Assembly (NCBI GenBank): GCA_903813345.2
Contig: CAIIXF020000001.1
Span: 45,880,001-45,944,000 of the forward strand
Length of the DNA: 64,000 nt
Direction of reading: 5' to 3'
Source: Owenia fusiformis
Taxonomy: Eukaryota
The notes below the pieces were generated by a model. That model made no database searches, had not been told where the DNA came from, and saw nothing but the letters and a program-made list of their open reading frames with translations. Below, in pieces: positions 39,116 through 50,634 of the stretch. Within the stretch, counting starts at the first letter, position 1. Each line of letters begins with the position of its first letter. Position numbers and translations under genes: made by a program.

Positions 39116-40715
39116 TTTTTTATGTCACCACCAAAAGTGGTGACATATTGTTATGGTCTCCGTTTTTTTGCGACGGCGGTTGGTGGTTGGCGTCCGGCGG
39201 TTGGTGGTTGGCGTCCGGCGGTTGGCGTCCGGCGTCTGTAACAATTTCTTACAACTTCCTATAACTTAACAAATACTGTTTAGACTGACTTCAATTTTTT
39301 GTCTAAATCATCTACATGTTCTCAGAAGTTCAAATCTGACTTTAGATTTGACATTTGACCTTCAATGACCTTCTCAAGGTCAAAAAGGTCTTTTTTCAAC
39401 TTGCTTCACATTGACTAAATATTTTTTCAAAATCATCTACATGTTCTCAGAAATTCAAATCTGACTTTAGATTTGACATTTGACCTTCAAATCTGACTTT
39501 AGATTTGACATTTGACCTTCAATGACCTTCTCAAGGTCAAAAAAGGTCAAAAAGGTCTGTTTTCAACTTGCTTCAAATTGACTAAAAAAATTTTTCAAAA
39601 TCATCTACGTGTTCTCAGAAATTCAAATCTGACTTAAGATTTGACTTAAGATTTGACATTTGACCTTCAATGACCTTCTCAAGGTCAAAAAAGGTCAAAA
39701 AGGTCTGTTTTCAACTTGCTTCAAATTGACTAAAAAAAATTTTCAAAATCATCTACGTGTTCTCAGAAATTCAAATCTGACTTTAGATTTGACTTAAGAT
39801 TTGACATTTGACCTTCAATGACCTTCTCGAAGTCAAAAAAGGTCAAAAAGGTCTGTTTTCAACTTGCTTCAAATTGACTAAATTTTTTTTTTCAAAATCA
39901 TCTACATGTTCTCAGAAATTCAAATCTGACTTTAGATTTGACATTTGACCTTCAATGACCTTCTCAAGGTCAAAAAAGGTCTGTTTTCAACTTGCTTCAA
40001 ATTGACTAAATTTTTTTTTCAAAATCATCTACGTGTTCTCAGAAATTCAAATCTGACTTCAGATTTGACTTAAGATTTGACATTTGACCTTCAATGACCT
40101 TCTCAAGGTCAAATAAGGTCAAAAAGGTCTGTTTTCAACTTGCTTCAAATTGACTAAAAAAAAATTTCAAAATCATCTACGTGTTCTCAGAAATTCAAAT
40201 CTGACTTTAGATTTGACTTAAGATTTGATATTTGACCTTCAATGACCTTCTCAAAGTCAAAAAAGGTCAAAAAGGTCTTTTTTCAACTTGCTTCAAATTG
40301 ACTAAATTTTTTTTTCAAAATCATCTACATGTTCTCAGAAATTCAAATCTGACTTTAGATTTGACATTTGACCTTCAATGACCTTCTCAATGTCAAAAAA
40401 GGTCAAAAAGGTATTTTTTCATCTTGCTTCAAATTGACTAAATTTTTTTTCAAAATCATCTACATGTTCTCAGAAATTCAAATATGACTTTAGATTTGAC
40501 ATTTGACCTTCTCAAGGTCAAAAAAGGTCAAAAAGGTCTTTTTTCAACTTGCTTCAAATTGACTAATTTTTTTTTTCAAAATCATCTACATGTTCTCAGA
40601 AATTCAAATTTGACTTTACAAGTTCTCAGAAATTCAAATCTGACTTATATTAAGTTTGAACTCATAATATTGTGAGCAACTAGGTGGTGACATTTTGTCA
40701 TGTTAATGCCTTGTT
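39116..40715 (+). mobile_element. Helentron-associated (HINE-like) element with an internal ~125-170-bp tandem array (~9-10 units, 39300-40650)
   Basis: 5' TTTTTATGTCACCACC...GGTGACAT, then a GGCGGTTGGT microsatellite-like tract and the central satellite. 3' GGTGGTGACATTTTG plus a short hairpin and CCTTGTT, in a T-rich site. Same ends as the short copies elsewhere in the window. Confidence 0.8.
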
Positions 40716-40900
40716 CCTCTATTTTGATAGTCTCCAACTTTTTTGTACCTAATGACAATCCATTACTTAAGTTCCAAATTGTCTTAAAATCGCTGGCATT
40801 GCTAGCTTACATGGGAAAAATTACAATTTAGTTGCTCAAAATTTTCAATAATTGGTGAAATCACAAAAAATTATAGCCTCATGTTAATTTTTTGTTTCAG

Positions 40901-40992
40901 CAATGGAAAATCATTTGAGACAGCCCTGCTTCTATCAGTATTTCTTGGAATGTTTGGAATAGATAGAATGTACCTTGGATATCCCGCTATAG
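40901..40992 (+). CDS. TM2D1: TM2D1 exon 4 (NGKSFETALLLSVFLGMFGIDRMYLGYPAIG), TM2 domain helix 1
   Basis: TM2 signature LS.FLG..G.DR.YLGYP. Phases 2 to 1. Confidence 0.95.
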
Positions 40993-41183
40993 GTTTGTAT
41001 AGATATCTATAAGATTTATATGTTAATTTTGGCCATTGACTTTTAAATATTTCATAATTTCATCATTATTATCCTACCAAACATAGTTTGTGAGGGATAT
41101 AGAAAAACCATTCACCCTTCTGTCTATTTGTCCTGCTGATAACTCCTATAGTCACACAGATTTGGCTCAAATTTTGTAGTCTG

Positions 41184-41614
41184 CAGGCCTGTCAACTGTC
41201 CCGCAATTTGCGTATTTGTCACGTATTTGCTGAAGAATCTGAAGTCACGCCAGTTTTTTTTGCGTGACAGAAAATGTCACGCAAATACGCATTTTACCTG
41301 TTAATTGTCAAGCAAAAATATTTCTGTAGAAAATTTTTCAAAATATGTTTACGATACGGTAAAAATACGAACGTCGGAAAAAAACCGAACGCAATTTGTT
41401 TGGATTTGTCACGCGAATCCTGTATATGTCACGCATGTTAAATGCGAAAAATTTGAGGTGATCAAAGTTTGGCAAAGGTGCTCAAACTTTGGCCAAAGGT
41501 GTTTAAAAGTTGGCCAAAGGTGTTCAAAATTTGGACAAAAGTGTTCAGATTTGGACTTAGGTGTCCAACATTTGTAAGTCACTCATATTAGGTGGTCCCA
41601 AGTTGACAGCCCTG
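41184..41614. mobile_element. MITE with 6-bp TSD
   Basis: TIR CAGG(C/G)CTGTCAACT (13/14 match), AGTCTG duplicated on both sides, GTCACGC subterminal repeats. Confidence 0.8.
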
Positions 41615-42772
41615 AGTCTGATACTTCTGCTTGAGAAGTAATTTTCAAAATGGCCACTCAATTCAAAATGGCTACCATTTTTTGTAAAAAATATAGGCTT
41701 TGCTTGCTCATAAAAAATGTGCTCATATACCTGTTGTCCAATTTGTTTCAAATTGTATAGGCTGATACCTAAGGACATAGAATATCTGTCAAAGGGAGAA
41801 TTTTGAAGATGGCTGCCAAATTTAAAATGGCCGCCATATTTTGAGAAATAATGTAATTTTTCATATCATAGATATAGTTGATCAGATTTGGTCATCAAAA
41901 TGGTTGTCACATTTTTAGAAGAAATGTAATTCAAGATAACTCCCTATGTTCAAAGCAACCACAAATAGCAATGAAATATAAATTGAATTAGTGAAAATGA
42001 AAAAAATCGGGTGTAAGGGAATATAAAAAATATATCTAAAATTTGGAAAGGTTGATCATTATGATTCTGGTGCCACAGTTAACCTAACCATTATGGAACA
42101 TGCACAAAAATTGACTAAATCGATTTTCAAGAAATAAAGCATGTTGGAAAGAGAATTCAATCTGTTAAATGAGTACTATCTACCCAACAGAGTAATAATG
42201 ATTAATCATTTTCTACAGTTTGAGAAACAATGTGACTATAAATATTCAACAATTTTCATTTTTTTGGCTTAAACTTCCGATTGTCATAACTTTGCCCCTA
42301 TACCCCAAAATCACTTTGATTTTTAAGCCAAAAAAGTGCCATTTATCCGTGGCTGAAGCTAGAAAAATTATAGAGGCACAATTTGCACAAATATTCAAAA
42401 TGATGAGTGTTTTGTAGGCTAAAATGTAATTTGTTTAGGATCTGCTACTTCGTTTAGTTACTGTTTTTCAAGTTTCATTCCTTGTTTATCTTTGTCTTCT
42501 GATTGGCTGTAATTTGATATATCTTACCCAGGTATGTGTGAATTCTGATTGCACTGCATGCATCAACATGCAAATCAATGTGATTTGATTACATGTATGT
42601 TACTCTTGAGCTTCACTCCATTTTTGAACAAGTGAGACATATTTAATTGACAGTTTCAAAGCTTTTCCACTGTACATATACATGTACTCAATAATCAAGT
42701 AGACAATCCTGCCAAAATGCTTCATTTCTTACAAAATTATATGACATAACATTCATTGATTTTCTATTTCAG

Positions 42773-42846
42773 GACTTTTAAAGTTTTGCACATTGGGGTT
42801 TATGTTCCTTGGTCAGCTGGTAGATGTGATTCTGATTGCGACACAG
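42773..42846 (+). CDS. TM2D1: TM2D1 exon 5 (LLKFCTLGFMFLGQLVDVILIATQ)
   Basis: TM2 helix 2. tttcag acceptor, CAG|gtaag donor. Confidence 0.95.
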
Positions 42847-43289
42847 GTAAGATTCTAAAAAGAGATTCTCGCGATGAGATCCATGGTTTAAGGTGAAAGT
42901 AGGTCATAGAAAAAGCATTTTATTCTCTTATTTACACCCATATTAAACTGAAGTATGCATGGCCATTAAACAGAATGGGTTTCATTACGAGAATGTTTGT
43001 CTATTGGATGTTCTTCAATATCAATAGATTTGCTGTAAATTATCACAAAGATTAGCAGTTTCTTTTCTCATTTATTTATAATATTCACCGGTGTTCAACT
43101 TACAGCATTTTTAGTTTATCACTCATGGTCACTAAAATGGGTAGGTATTATTGCAAGAACATCTGGTACAATATCAAAAAGTGCTCTAACCTAAAAACTT
43201 GCATCAGGGAAACATACAAAAATACTCCCTTTGGTGTTGGGGATATATTTCCCTTGGATTAAATCATTTCATTATCTTCATACTTGTAG

Positions 43290-43400
43290 GTGGTGACACC
43301 TGCTGATGGCTCAAGTTACGAGATAGACTACTATGGGGCTGGACTAGAGAGAGTTGGGATCAACAATGAGACCTACTTTAAGCCACAACAATGGGACTGA
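43290..43400 (+). CDS. TM2D1: TM2D1 exon 6 (VVTPADGSSYEIDYYGAGLERVGINNETYFKPQQWD*)
   Basis: TM2D1 C-terminal P.DGSSY.IDYYG...NET motif, with AATAAA at 43442 and 43448. Total CDS is 579 nt, 192 aa. Confidence 0.95.
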   Translation: MVTPADGSSYEIDYYGAGLERVGINNETYFKPQQWD

Positions 43401-44074
43401 AGCCATGGAGATATAAGTGACTCTCATGAGATGTTGGTTGAAATAAAAATAAATCCTATGTGCACAATATTTATCTCAGACGAATTTCTAAGATCGAGGA
43501 AAATATTGCATAATATGGGAGTTTTCAATTCTGAATCAGCTAGCAATTTGTGAAGACATCTTGGGGTCAATGAGATAGCCATGATTGGGGACAATACACC
43601 CCCTCTGTCCTGAAATGGCCATCCTGAGTAGTCACATGACTGAAATTGTCCAATGAGATTAAGGGATTTGATAGAAGATGATATGAAAAGTGGTACTGAC
43701 AGGTCTCTCTTAGCTGCCCTGGGATCCAATCCACTCCTTCAACAGGTTGAAGTGAACACTTTACAGCTATAATTGACACTAATAATTGACTGGACCTGAT
43801 TTTATGATGAATCAATGTCATCAGTGTTTATTGAAGGAGAGCACTTTAGAGAACTAAAATGGACTAAGACACTGGTTTATTTAGAAGTTTTATATCTAGA
43901 GATGCAACAGAAAATAAGATGCAATATTTAAAATGTTTAATAATCTATTTTGGAAATAAATTTTTGAAAACAAAAATACAGTTTGGTAATATTTTATAGT
44001 GTCTGGAGTCACACACTCATTTATAAACAGGTAAAATGTAACTGGTTCCCTTCAAAAATTACCTATCTTCCCGC

Positions 44075-44212
44075 TTTTTATGTCACCACTACAAGTGGTG
44101 ACATACTGTTATAGTATCCAAGTTTTTGTGTTAGCAGTTAGTGTTCGGTGGTTGATGTCCGGCATGTGTAAAAAATGGCAGGTGGTGACATTTTGCATGT
44201 AAATGCCTTGTT
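44075..44212 (+). mobile_element. Short HINE-like element
   Basis: TTTTTATGTCACCAC...GGTGGTGACATTTTGCATGTAAATGCCTTGTT. Confidence 0.75.
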
Positions 44213-45665
44213 ACTTCATGAAGCGGGATTTTACCAGAACTCCCATTAGCAGTCACATCTTATATTATGCGTAGAATGCAAAATATAAGCTGCTTAAGTT
44301 CATCATCTCCATCACTGACCATTTATACAAGAGTACCTCTTCAAAGATTTTTAAAGTGGTAATAAGCTCACAAAATAAGGATAATTCATTAAAATATTAA
44401 GTATATTATTAAAAAGATTGGTTGGGTTACATATGTCCTCGATAGATGCATGAACAAACATATTCATTTCAATTTGGACAAATATGCACATTAATTTTTA
44501 TAAAAAAATTTAAATTGGTAGCCATTCATCAATGCTGTATAAGATGACCAACTTAAATCTTCATTGTAAACCATCTTGCAATGTTATTTTATGGCACTTT
44601 AATGAACTTCTTTTAAATTTCCAGAATAGTTGCCAATATCCATATACTTGTGAAAATGCCAAAATACATGTATAATGTACCAAATTACCTCAATTTAAAG
44701 TACAGTATATAGTGATTCTTAAGTGAAACATAATGTAAAATTTAACAATCATATGACCTGTGCACTGTCACCAATAGGAGAATTTGCTATTATGGATCAG
44801 ACACAGAATAGTTCACAAAGGTTCAGCTTACTTTTTGTGATCAAGACACTTTTAATTCATATGTAATTTGGCTCTTTGATTTAGCACTCTCATTAATTTT
44901 TAACTGTAGTAACCAAACAATTCTAAAGACCGTTCATTAAGGTTTTATGTCTTGCTGCAGAATGCCTAGTTGCAAATACTTTGAAACAGTTATATAGACA
45001 ATCCTTGATTTATTTCTACTTATGAGCCAAAAATACATTGGAGTTTTATTCAGCTGAACTGTTATAGCAGAATTAAATAGGGGTCCATTTATGAGAATAG
45101 CTCTAAACAAAAATCCAATTTATAAATTCACTGACATATATTCGTTATTTATTGATTTATTTTGGCCATAATCAGGCCAATCGATTTTAGTATATGAAAG
45201 TTATTGATGGCGTAAGCAAGGGTCATTAGGCCTTTTAAAAATATTCTTAAATAATTCTTTAAATTCGCCCTTTGTTGAAATCCTCTATAACTTCAAGTGA
45301 TTTGCTTTAAAAACAGAAATCAGTAGAGCAGTACTACTACTAAAGGTGAAGGTTCAAAGTGATAACAATTATGGTTCTTCAACAGGACATATATCTGGAT
45401 TTTCTTGGGTTTTGTTCAATTATGAATATACTAGGTGCAATTTCTGACTGAACATACAAAAAGTACCATAGAGTAAAAGTTTTGCCTGAGATTTATATTG
45501 GTGTACGTTTACAGAACTAGAGAATTACAGAATTAAATCAATATAATTTTTAATTCATTCCTGCAAACTTCTCATCACATACTGTAAGTCTCAGTCACAT
45601 ACAAATATATTTTTTCTCTGAATATGTGCATGTAGATATTACATGGAACAAAAGTTTTATGGGGT

Positions 45666-45920
45666 TACTCATAAGCCAAGGGAAAAGTAATAGTAAGCCG
45701 GTGTAAAAGGGTAGAAGGTCCCATTAATTTATGGTCCTACTCTCCATTGATTTATATGGTGACCTCTTTGTGTTCTTTCCCTTATTATCTTATACACAAT
45801 CAGGGCCAGTAAGGGCCTTTAAAAGGGGGGACCATAATCCCTGGGGTACCATAATTTCTTTCACACCGTCTCTTCTATATACGCGGCTTACTATTACTTT
45901 ACCCTTGGCCTATGGGGATA
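45666..45920. mobile_element. MITE-like inverted repeat element
   Basis: CCAAGGGAAAAGTAATAGTAAGCCG is mirrored by CGGCTTACTATTACTTTTACCCTTGG. Confidence 0.6.
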
Positions 45921-46459
45921 CTGTCTGTCAAAAACACTCACAATTAATTACCAGTTATATTTGTTACATGTTTGGAAGATATAAAGGTGTTAATGAAAAT
46001 TCTGATAGTATGGCAATTAGTCATATGGAGTGTGAGTGGGCGTGGCACATCAATAATCAACTGTCACATTCTGACACATTCCAAAAAAATCTTGGGGAAA
46101 ATAGAATGAAAAAGAATTCATAGTATGCTATTGTACTCAGATCGATAAGATTATTTTACCATCTATACTCGTCGTGCTATCAACAATTATACTTTGGAAT
46201 GGTTAATTAAAAAGTGAAAGAATGAAATTAAAATAGAATGTGTTTCAGTAGGATAGGAAGACAATGTGCTCAAATTAATTATATATTTCTTTATTCCAAA
46301 ATAACCAAACATCCTGACTACATCCAAATCAAACAAAAGACAGGCAACAATTTATATGTGATTCCTCCAATCTCATATATTTTAGCAATTTTATATCGCT
46401 AAATTTATAATACACATTTTACGAGTACACAAGCGATTTCCTGATTTAGTAAAATCTAA

Positions 46460-46690
46460 TAGGGGATTCCCCTAAAGTTGGATTTCCCCGAAGCCAAGAT
46501 GGCAGATCCATGATGAGTTGGTAAGTTTTTTTAGGCGTTTTTTATCAAATAGGCCTACCTGACATTAGATTAAATTTGTTATTGGTAGGAAGTGGTGGTC
46601 CTTGTGGTTGGATCAGATATATTGAGAATTAACCTTCAAGGAAGTTGAATAAAACCCAGTTCTATTCCAGCAACAGAAAGAAACCGAAAC
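46460..46690 (+). promoter_or_regulatory. Putative immune-inducible promoter / first non-coding exon of the NLR-like gene
   Basis: kB sites GGGGATTCCCC (46462-46472) and GGATTTCCCC (46480-46489). YY1-like CAAGATGGC (~46495-46503). Donor TG|gtaagt after 46520. ISRE-like GAAAGAAACCGAAAC (46676-46690). Confidence 0.65.
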
Positions 46691-46910
46691 GCCTAAATTT
46701 ACCGTGGAAAAACCAGATTTTGTCACTCGTCGCTCAGTCTGTATGCAGTTTATATAAGCCAAACTCATGATCTATATTACAGACTAATGTTACGTGCCAG
46801 CGCCAAATTAGAACTGCATACTGACTGAGTGACTGTGACTCGTAGTGTGTCGCGAAACCCTTCCAATAATCACAAGTTCTCATTTTGTCAAACCTTAGAG
46901 GAGTTAGACC

Positions 46911-48032
46911 CTATCTGTTGCAAGACTTATGCCTGGCACAACCGTCACCATGTTATTAAGTGTTTTTAAGATTCGCGAGGATCCTACCATGACCTTGGTA
47001 GTCATGAAAGCCTGGTATAATCTAGCCTTTAATCGTGACTGGTAATGTTAGGTACAGCTGGAAAGTAACATTTTGGTAAAAAATTGCTATACCAGCACAT
47101 GTTATTTTCTGGTACAAAATAAAGTATGAAGACATGTGTCAATTGCCTTGCTTTTTTCAGGAAAGTATCATTACACTGTCTTCTTTAAGAATATCTAGTA
47201 GGGGTTCAATGGGAACTCCAATTCTGATATTTCACAATTTCTTTTTTTCCAAATTTTCTTTCAAAGTTTCCAGATAACACAGGAGCTACCATTGACCTGT
47301 TTCCAGGTTTACTAAAAGTAGACAGTGTAATGATACTTTCCTGAAAAAAGCAAGGAAATACACACATGCCTTCATACTAAATTTTGTACCAGAAAATAAC
47401 ATGTGCAGGTATAGCAATTTTTTACCAAAATGTTACTTTCCAGCTGAACCTTAAAGCCTGATATGACCGTAACAATGGTTGCAAGGCCTATCATGACTGT
47501 GGTAATGTTAAAGCCTGATATGACCGTGACAATGGTTGCAAGGCCTGTCATGACTGTGGTAATGTTAAAGCACAATATGACTTCATGACAATGGTTTAAA
47601 TTAAATGACATTTAGTAGCATGAGAATACTGTAATGAAAAATGTCATCGTTTGTCTACCTTAAATATGTAAATCTACACTACTACTACTTCGTTCAAAAA
47701 CATGAATATTGTCAGGGCCATATGAGGCTTTAACATTACCACGGTCATGACAGGCCTTACAACCATTGCCACAGTCATATAAGGCTTTAACATTACCACG
47801 GTCCTGACAGGCCTTACAACCATTGCCACAGTCATATAAGGCTTTAACATTACCACGGTCATGACAGGCCTTACAACCATTGCCACAGTCATATAAGGCG
47901 TTAACATTACCACGGTCATGGCAGGCCTTGCAATATAATATAGCATTGTCACGGTCATATCAGGCTTTAATATTACCATAGTCAAGACAAGGAGACGGTT
48001 GTGCCAGGCAAGTCTTGTCTTGCAATAGATAG
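46911..48032. mobile_element. Fold-back element with inverted arrays of 63-bp subterminal repeats
   Basis: TIR CTATCT.TTGCAAGAC...TGCCTGGCACAACCGTC is mirrored at 47993-48032. The 63-bp repeats at 47455-47590 and 47710-47985 are in opposite orientation. Confidence 0.75.
47051..47450. mobile_element. 400-bp palindromic MITE (copy 1), nested in the fold-back element
   Basis: ~150-bp TIRs GGTACAGCTGGAAAGTAAC... It splits a GGTAATGTTA|AAGCCTG repeat unit. Flanks TTA / TTAA. Confidence 0.9.
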
Positions 48033-48728
48033 CATGTGCATTACAGATACATTATGTGTTCAAGCATGGTGCTTGTCTCCAGACTTACACAGTAAACTCA
48101 GTAATTTGGTAATAGTTTCGCTTAGTGAGATTTTGTACTCCTTTCAAATATTTCTAGAATTTGACATTCTTAGAAAAGACCCATTTTCATTTTAGTTTAG
48201 TCTAATAATAGTTTATTTATGTCAATATGTGTTATATTGTTTTACCAAAATATAACAGGTAAAATCCAAGTGTTAAAAAAACATCAGCCAACATTGGTTT
48301 AAGAGACACCATATAAATTTTCATAGATAATCAGTAGAAAATAGTAAGTTCAGTCAACTGAACTGAATTTCAAGTGTGTTGCAAAATATAATACATAGTC
48401 TATTGTAATAACAATCTTGCCTCTTTGGTTACTACTAACAAATACAGATTTTTGGACTTCATTTTGGATTTGGATTTGGTGAGAGAGAATGCTTATTGAA
48501 CAACTTATCTACAAAAGAAAATCCAAGAAGATTCCACTTTGCAAAAGTTATATGAAAATTAAAGGCTTATGTTATGTATATGCTTATCTCATGTATATTT
48601 TAATCGACAATGTTTTTATTTTAAATTTTCAGGAACAAGATACAAATTCATATAAAGCTGTTGATGACTTCAAGCCTAGAGGATTCTAGTGGATGATTTA
48701 ATCTATAAAGAGCCTTGGACAAAGCAAT

Positions 48729-48741
48729 ATGAATTTAGAAG
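48729..48741 (+). CDS. NLR-like gene, start-codon exon (MNLE-D); full exon 48633-48741
   Basis: ttttcag acceptor before 48633, in-frame stop upstream of the ATG, and a phase-1 donor G|gtactg compatible with the exon at 50356. Confidence 0.55.
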
Positions 48742-48754
48742 GTACTGTACACTG

Positions 48755-49823
48755 CCCAGGGGGTTCACTGTATGTAAACCTTGACGGGGATCCTCGGCGC
48801 ACATGGGGTACCTTTTTTTGACATTTGGTATGGCAATGGAGCCAAATTTTAGGATCTGGTATGAGAATGTCCCCAAAATTATGACTTTTGAGGTATGGCA
48901 ATGGTTGGATTTTTCCACTTTCTGGTATGAGAATGGTCATGGAAAATATGTTACATCTCACTTGTGGTGTGGCATTGGTCTAGTAGTTACACAAACCCTT
49001 AATTTGAGGTTGTTTTGGATCGTTTTCCTCAAAGATCTGCCTTCTTGTTGGGGCTTTAGGCATTTTGAATGGCCTTAGTCTTATATCTGGATATTTGGTA
49101 TGCATTGGTTAAGGAATAAATAATGATAGGCCATTCAATATGGTGAAATTCAGCACGAGTTGGACAGAATGTTGTACAAAGCACGAACCGAAGGTGAGTG
49201 CATTTGTACTAACATTCTGTCCAACGAGTGCTGAATTTCACCATATTGAATGGCCTATCATTATTTATTCCGATTCAAACATAAAAATTAGTAAAAGCCG
49301 TGTCTGTGGAACGGGCATGAAGGAAGAATACGCATGCTGTCAAGATTCTGAAGTCGGCCGGAAAAATTTTAGAATTTGTTTGGGCTGTTCTATTTTACTC
49401 CCCGTTTTAGATTTTATACGGTGTATGCAAACATGGGGTGTTGATAAAACAGGGAGTAAAAAAGAACAGCTATCCCCGGACAGAGCCCCAGATGTGCAGC
49501 TGAGATGTGACGTCACTCAAAACAATGCAAATTGCAGATTGAATAGAGTATGGTCGTGCATCTATGGAGAATTAGAGAACGTTCTATATTGGCTATGCTG
49601 CATTCTGATTGGTTGAGAAATTCGAATAGAGCACGGTCATGTTTGAATCCTATATTTGGTATGGCATTGGTCTTATAATTGGACATTTGGTATGGCTTTC
49701 CTGGGCGTTATTTGGCTGGTATGGGAACACATTGAAATTTGACAGATTGGTATGGAAATATATTGATACATGAGGGTTTAGCCTAGGACCCCCGCCAAAC
49801 TTTGTATTCAGTGAACCCCCGGG
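48755..49823. mobile_element. Non-autonomous DNA element with CCC(A/G)GGGGGTTCACTG TIRs
   Basis: TIRs of ~35 bp. Flanks GTACACTG / ATACACTG (8-bp TSD, 1 mismatch). Internal TGGTATG repeats. Hosts hairpin element B. Confidence 0.7.
49110..49652 (+). mobile_element. Hairpin element B: GA-mismatch hairpin (49113-49271) plus GATTCAAACAT...ATGTTTGAATC inverted repeat
   Basis: 159-nt hairpin, perfect except for two GA/GA tandem mismatches, two 1-nt bulges and a C-GAA-G apex. Confidence 0.75.
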
Positions 49824-50355
49824 ATACACTGTAACATTTGCTACCTGTGGCAATGCATCATGTTGTATATAACATCTAACCTGAGGGGGTTTTACTTTAT
49901 ACACAGTTTGGTGGGGGTCCTTGGCTGAACCATCAGATATCAGCATGTACCAACACCAAACATAATTACTACACATACAATATTGCACATGCATGCATGA
50001 TGCACCAAGTATAATACCACACCTACGGTACTATATACATAGGTGTCAAATGCAACAGCATGTGTTTCACTGATCAGGTCTAAAACTGCACGATCATCAG
50101 GTGTAACGATACCCATTTACATTCATGTATTTTATACACATATATACATTTAGCATATCACATGATATATTACATGGCATTGCAACAAACTAAAAAAGTA
50201 TGTGCATTTGTGTTTGTTAATATTTTACTTTGTGCCCTTTGTTCAATCAATAACAGATCAATTGCTATTCACGTACAGACATATTTTAAATATGCATATA
50301 AATCACTTAGAAGTTCAATGGTCAAATTTAAGTACTTGTTGATTTATCATTCTAG

Positions 50356-50634
50356 ATACTGAACACAGCGACCCGCCTGAATGGTTGAGAGTTGCTGCAA
50401 ATCAATTGGGGAATAAAAAGAGAGATGTTGCAAGAGCATTGAACTTGCCCAATGCAACAATTGAGGATATAGAGCAAGACTGCCGTGGAAATGCTCAGGA
50501 ATGCAGTTACAAACTTTTGGAAGCATGGTACAAGAACTGTTCTATTGATGATAAACTAAATGCCTTCAGGAGAGCCCTCTGCAAATGTGATCTAAAAGAT
50601 CTCGCAAACCGTCTTTCGCCAAGACAGAGAATGC
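50356..50634 (+). CDS. NLR-like gene, DEATH-domain exon
   Basis: LRVAANQLGNKKRDVARALNLPNATIEDIEQDCRGNAQECSYKLLEAWYK...FRRALCKCDLKDLANRL fits the death-fold pattern (LG..W/K..LAR.L...I..I......E....LL..W). Phase 1-1 exon. Confidence 0.85.

Noticed and set aside
47372..47985. Repetitive hydrophobic ORFs (MTVVMLKPY...)
   Set aside because: Translation of the 63-bp subterminal repeats of a fold-back element.
49140..49616. 158-aa ORF
   Set aside because: It lies in hairpin element B, has no recognisable protein motif, and is not needed for the NLR exon chain.
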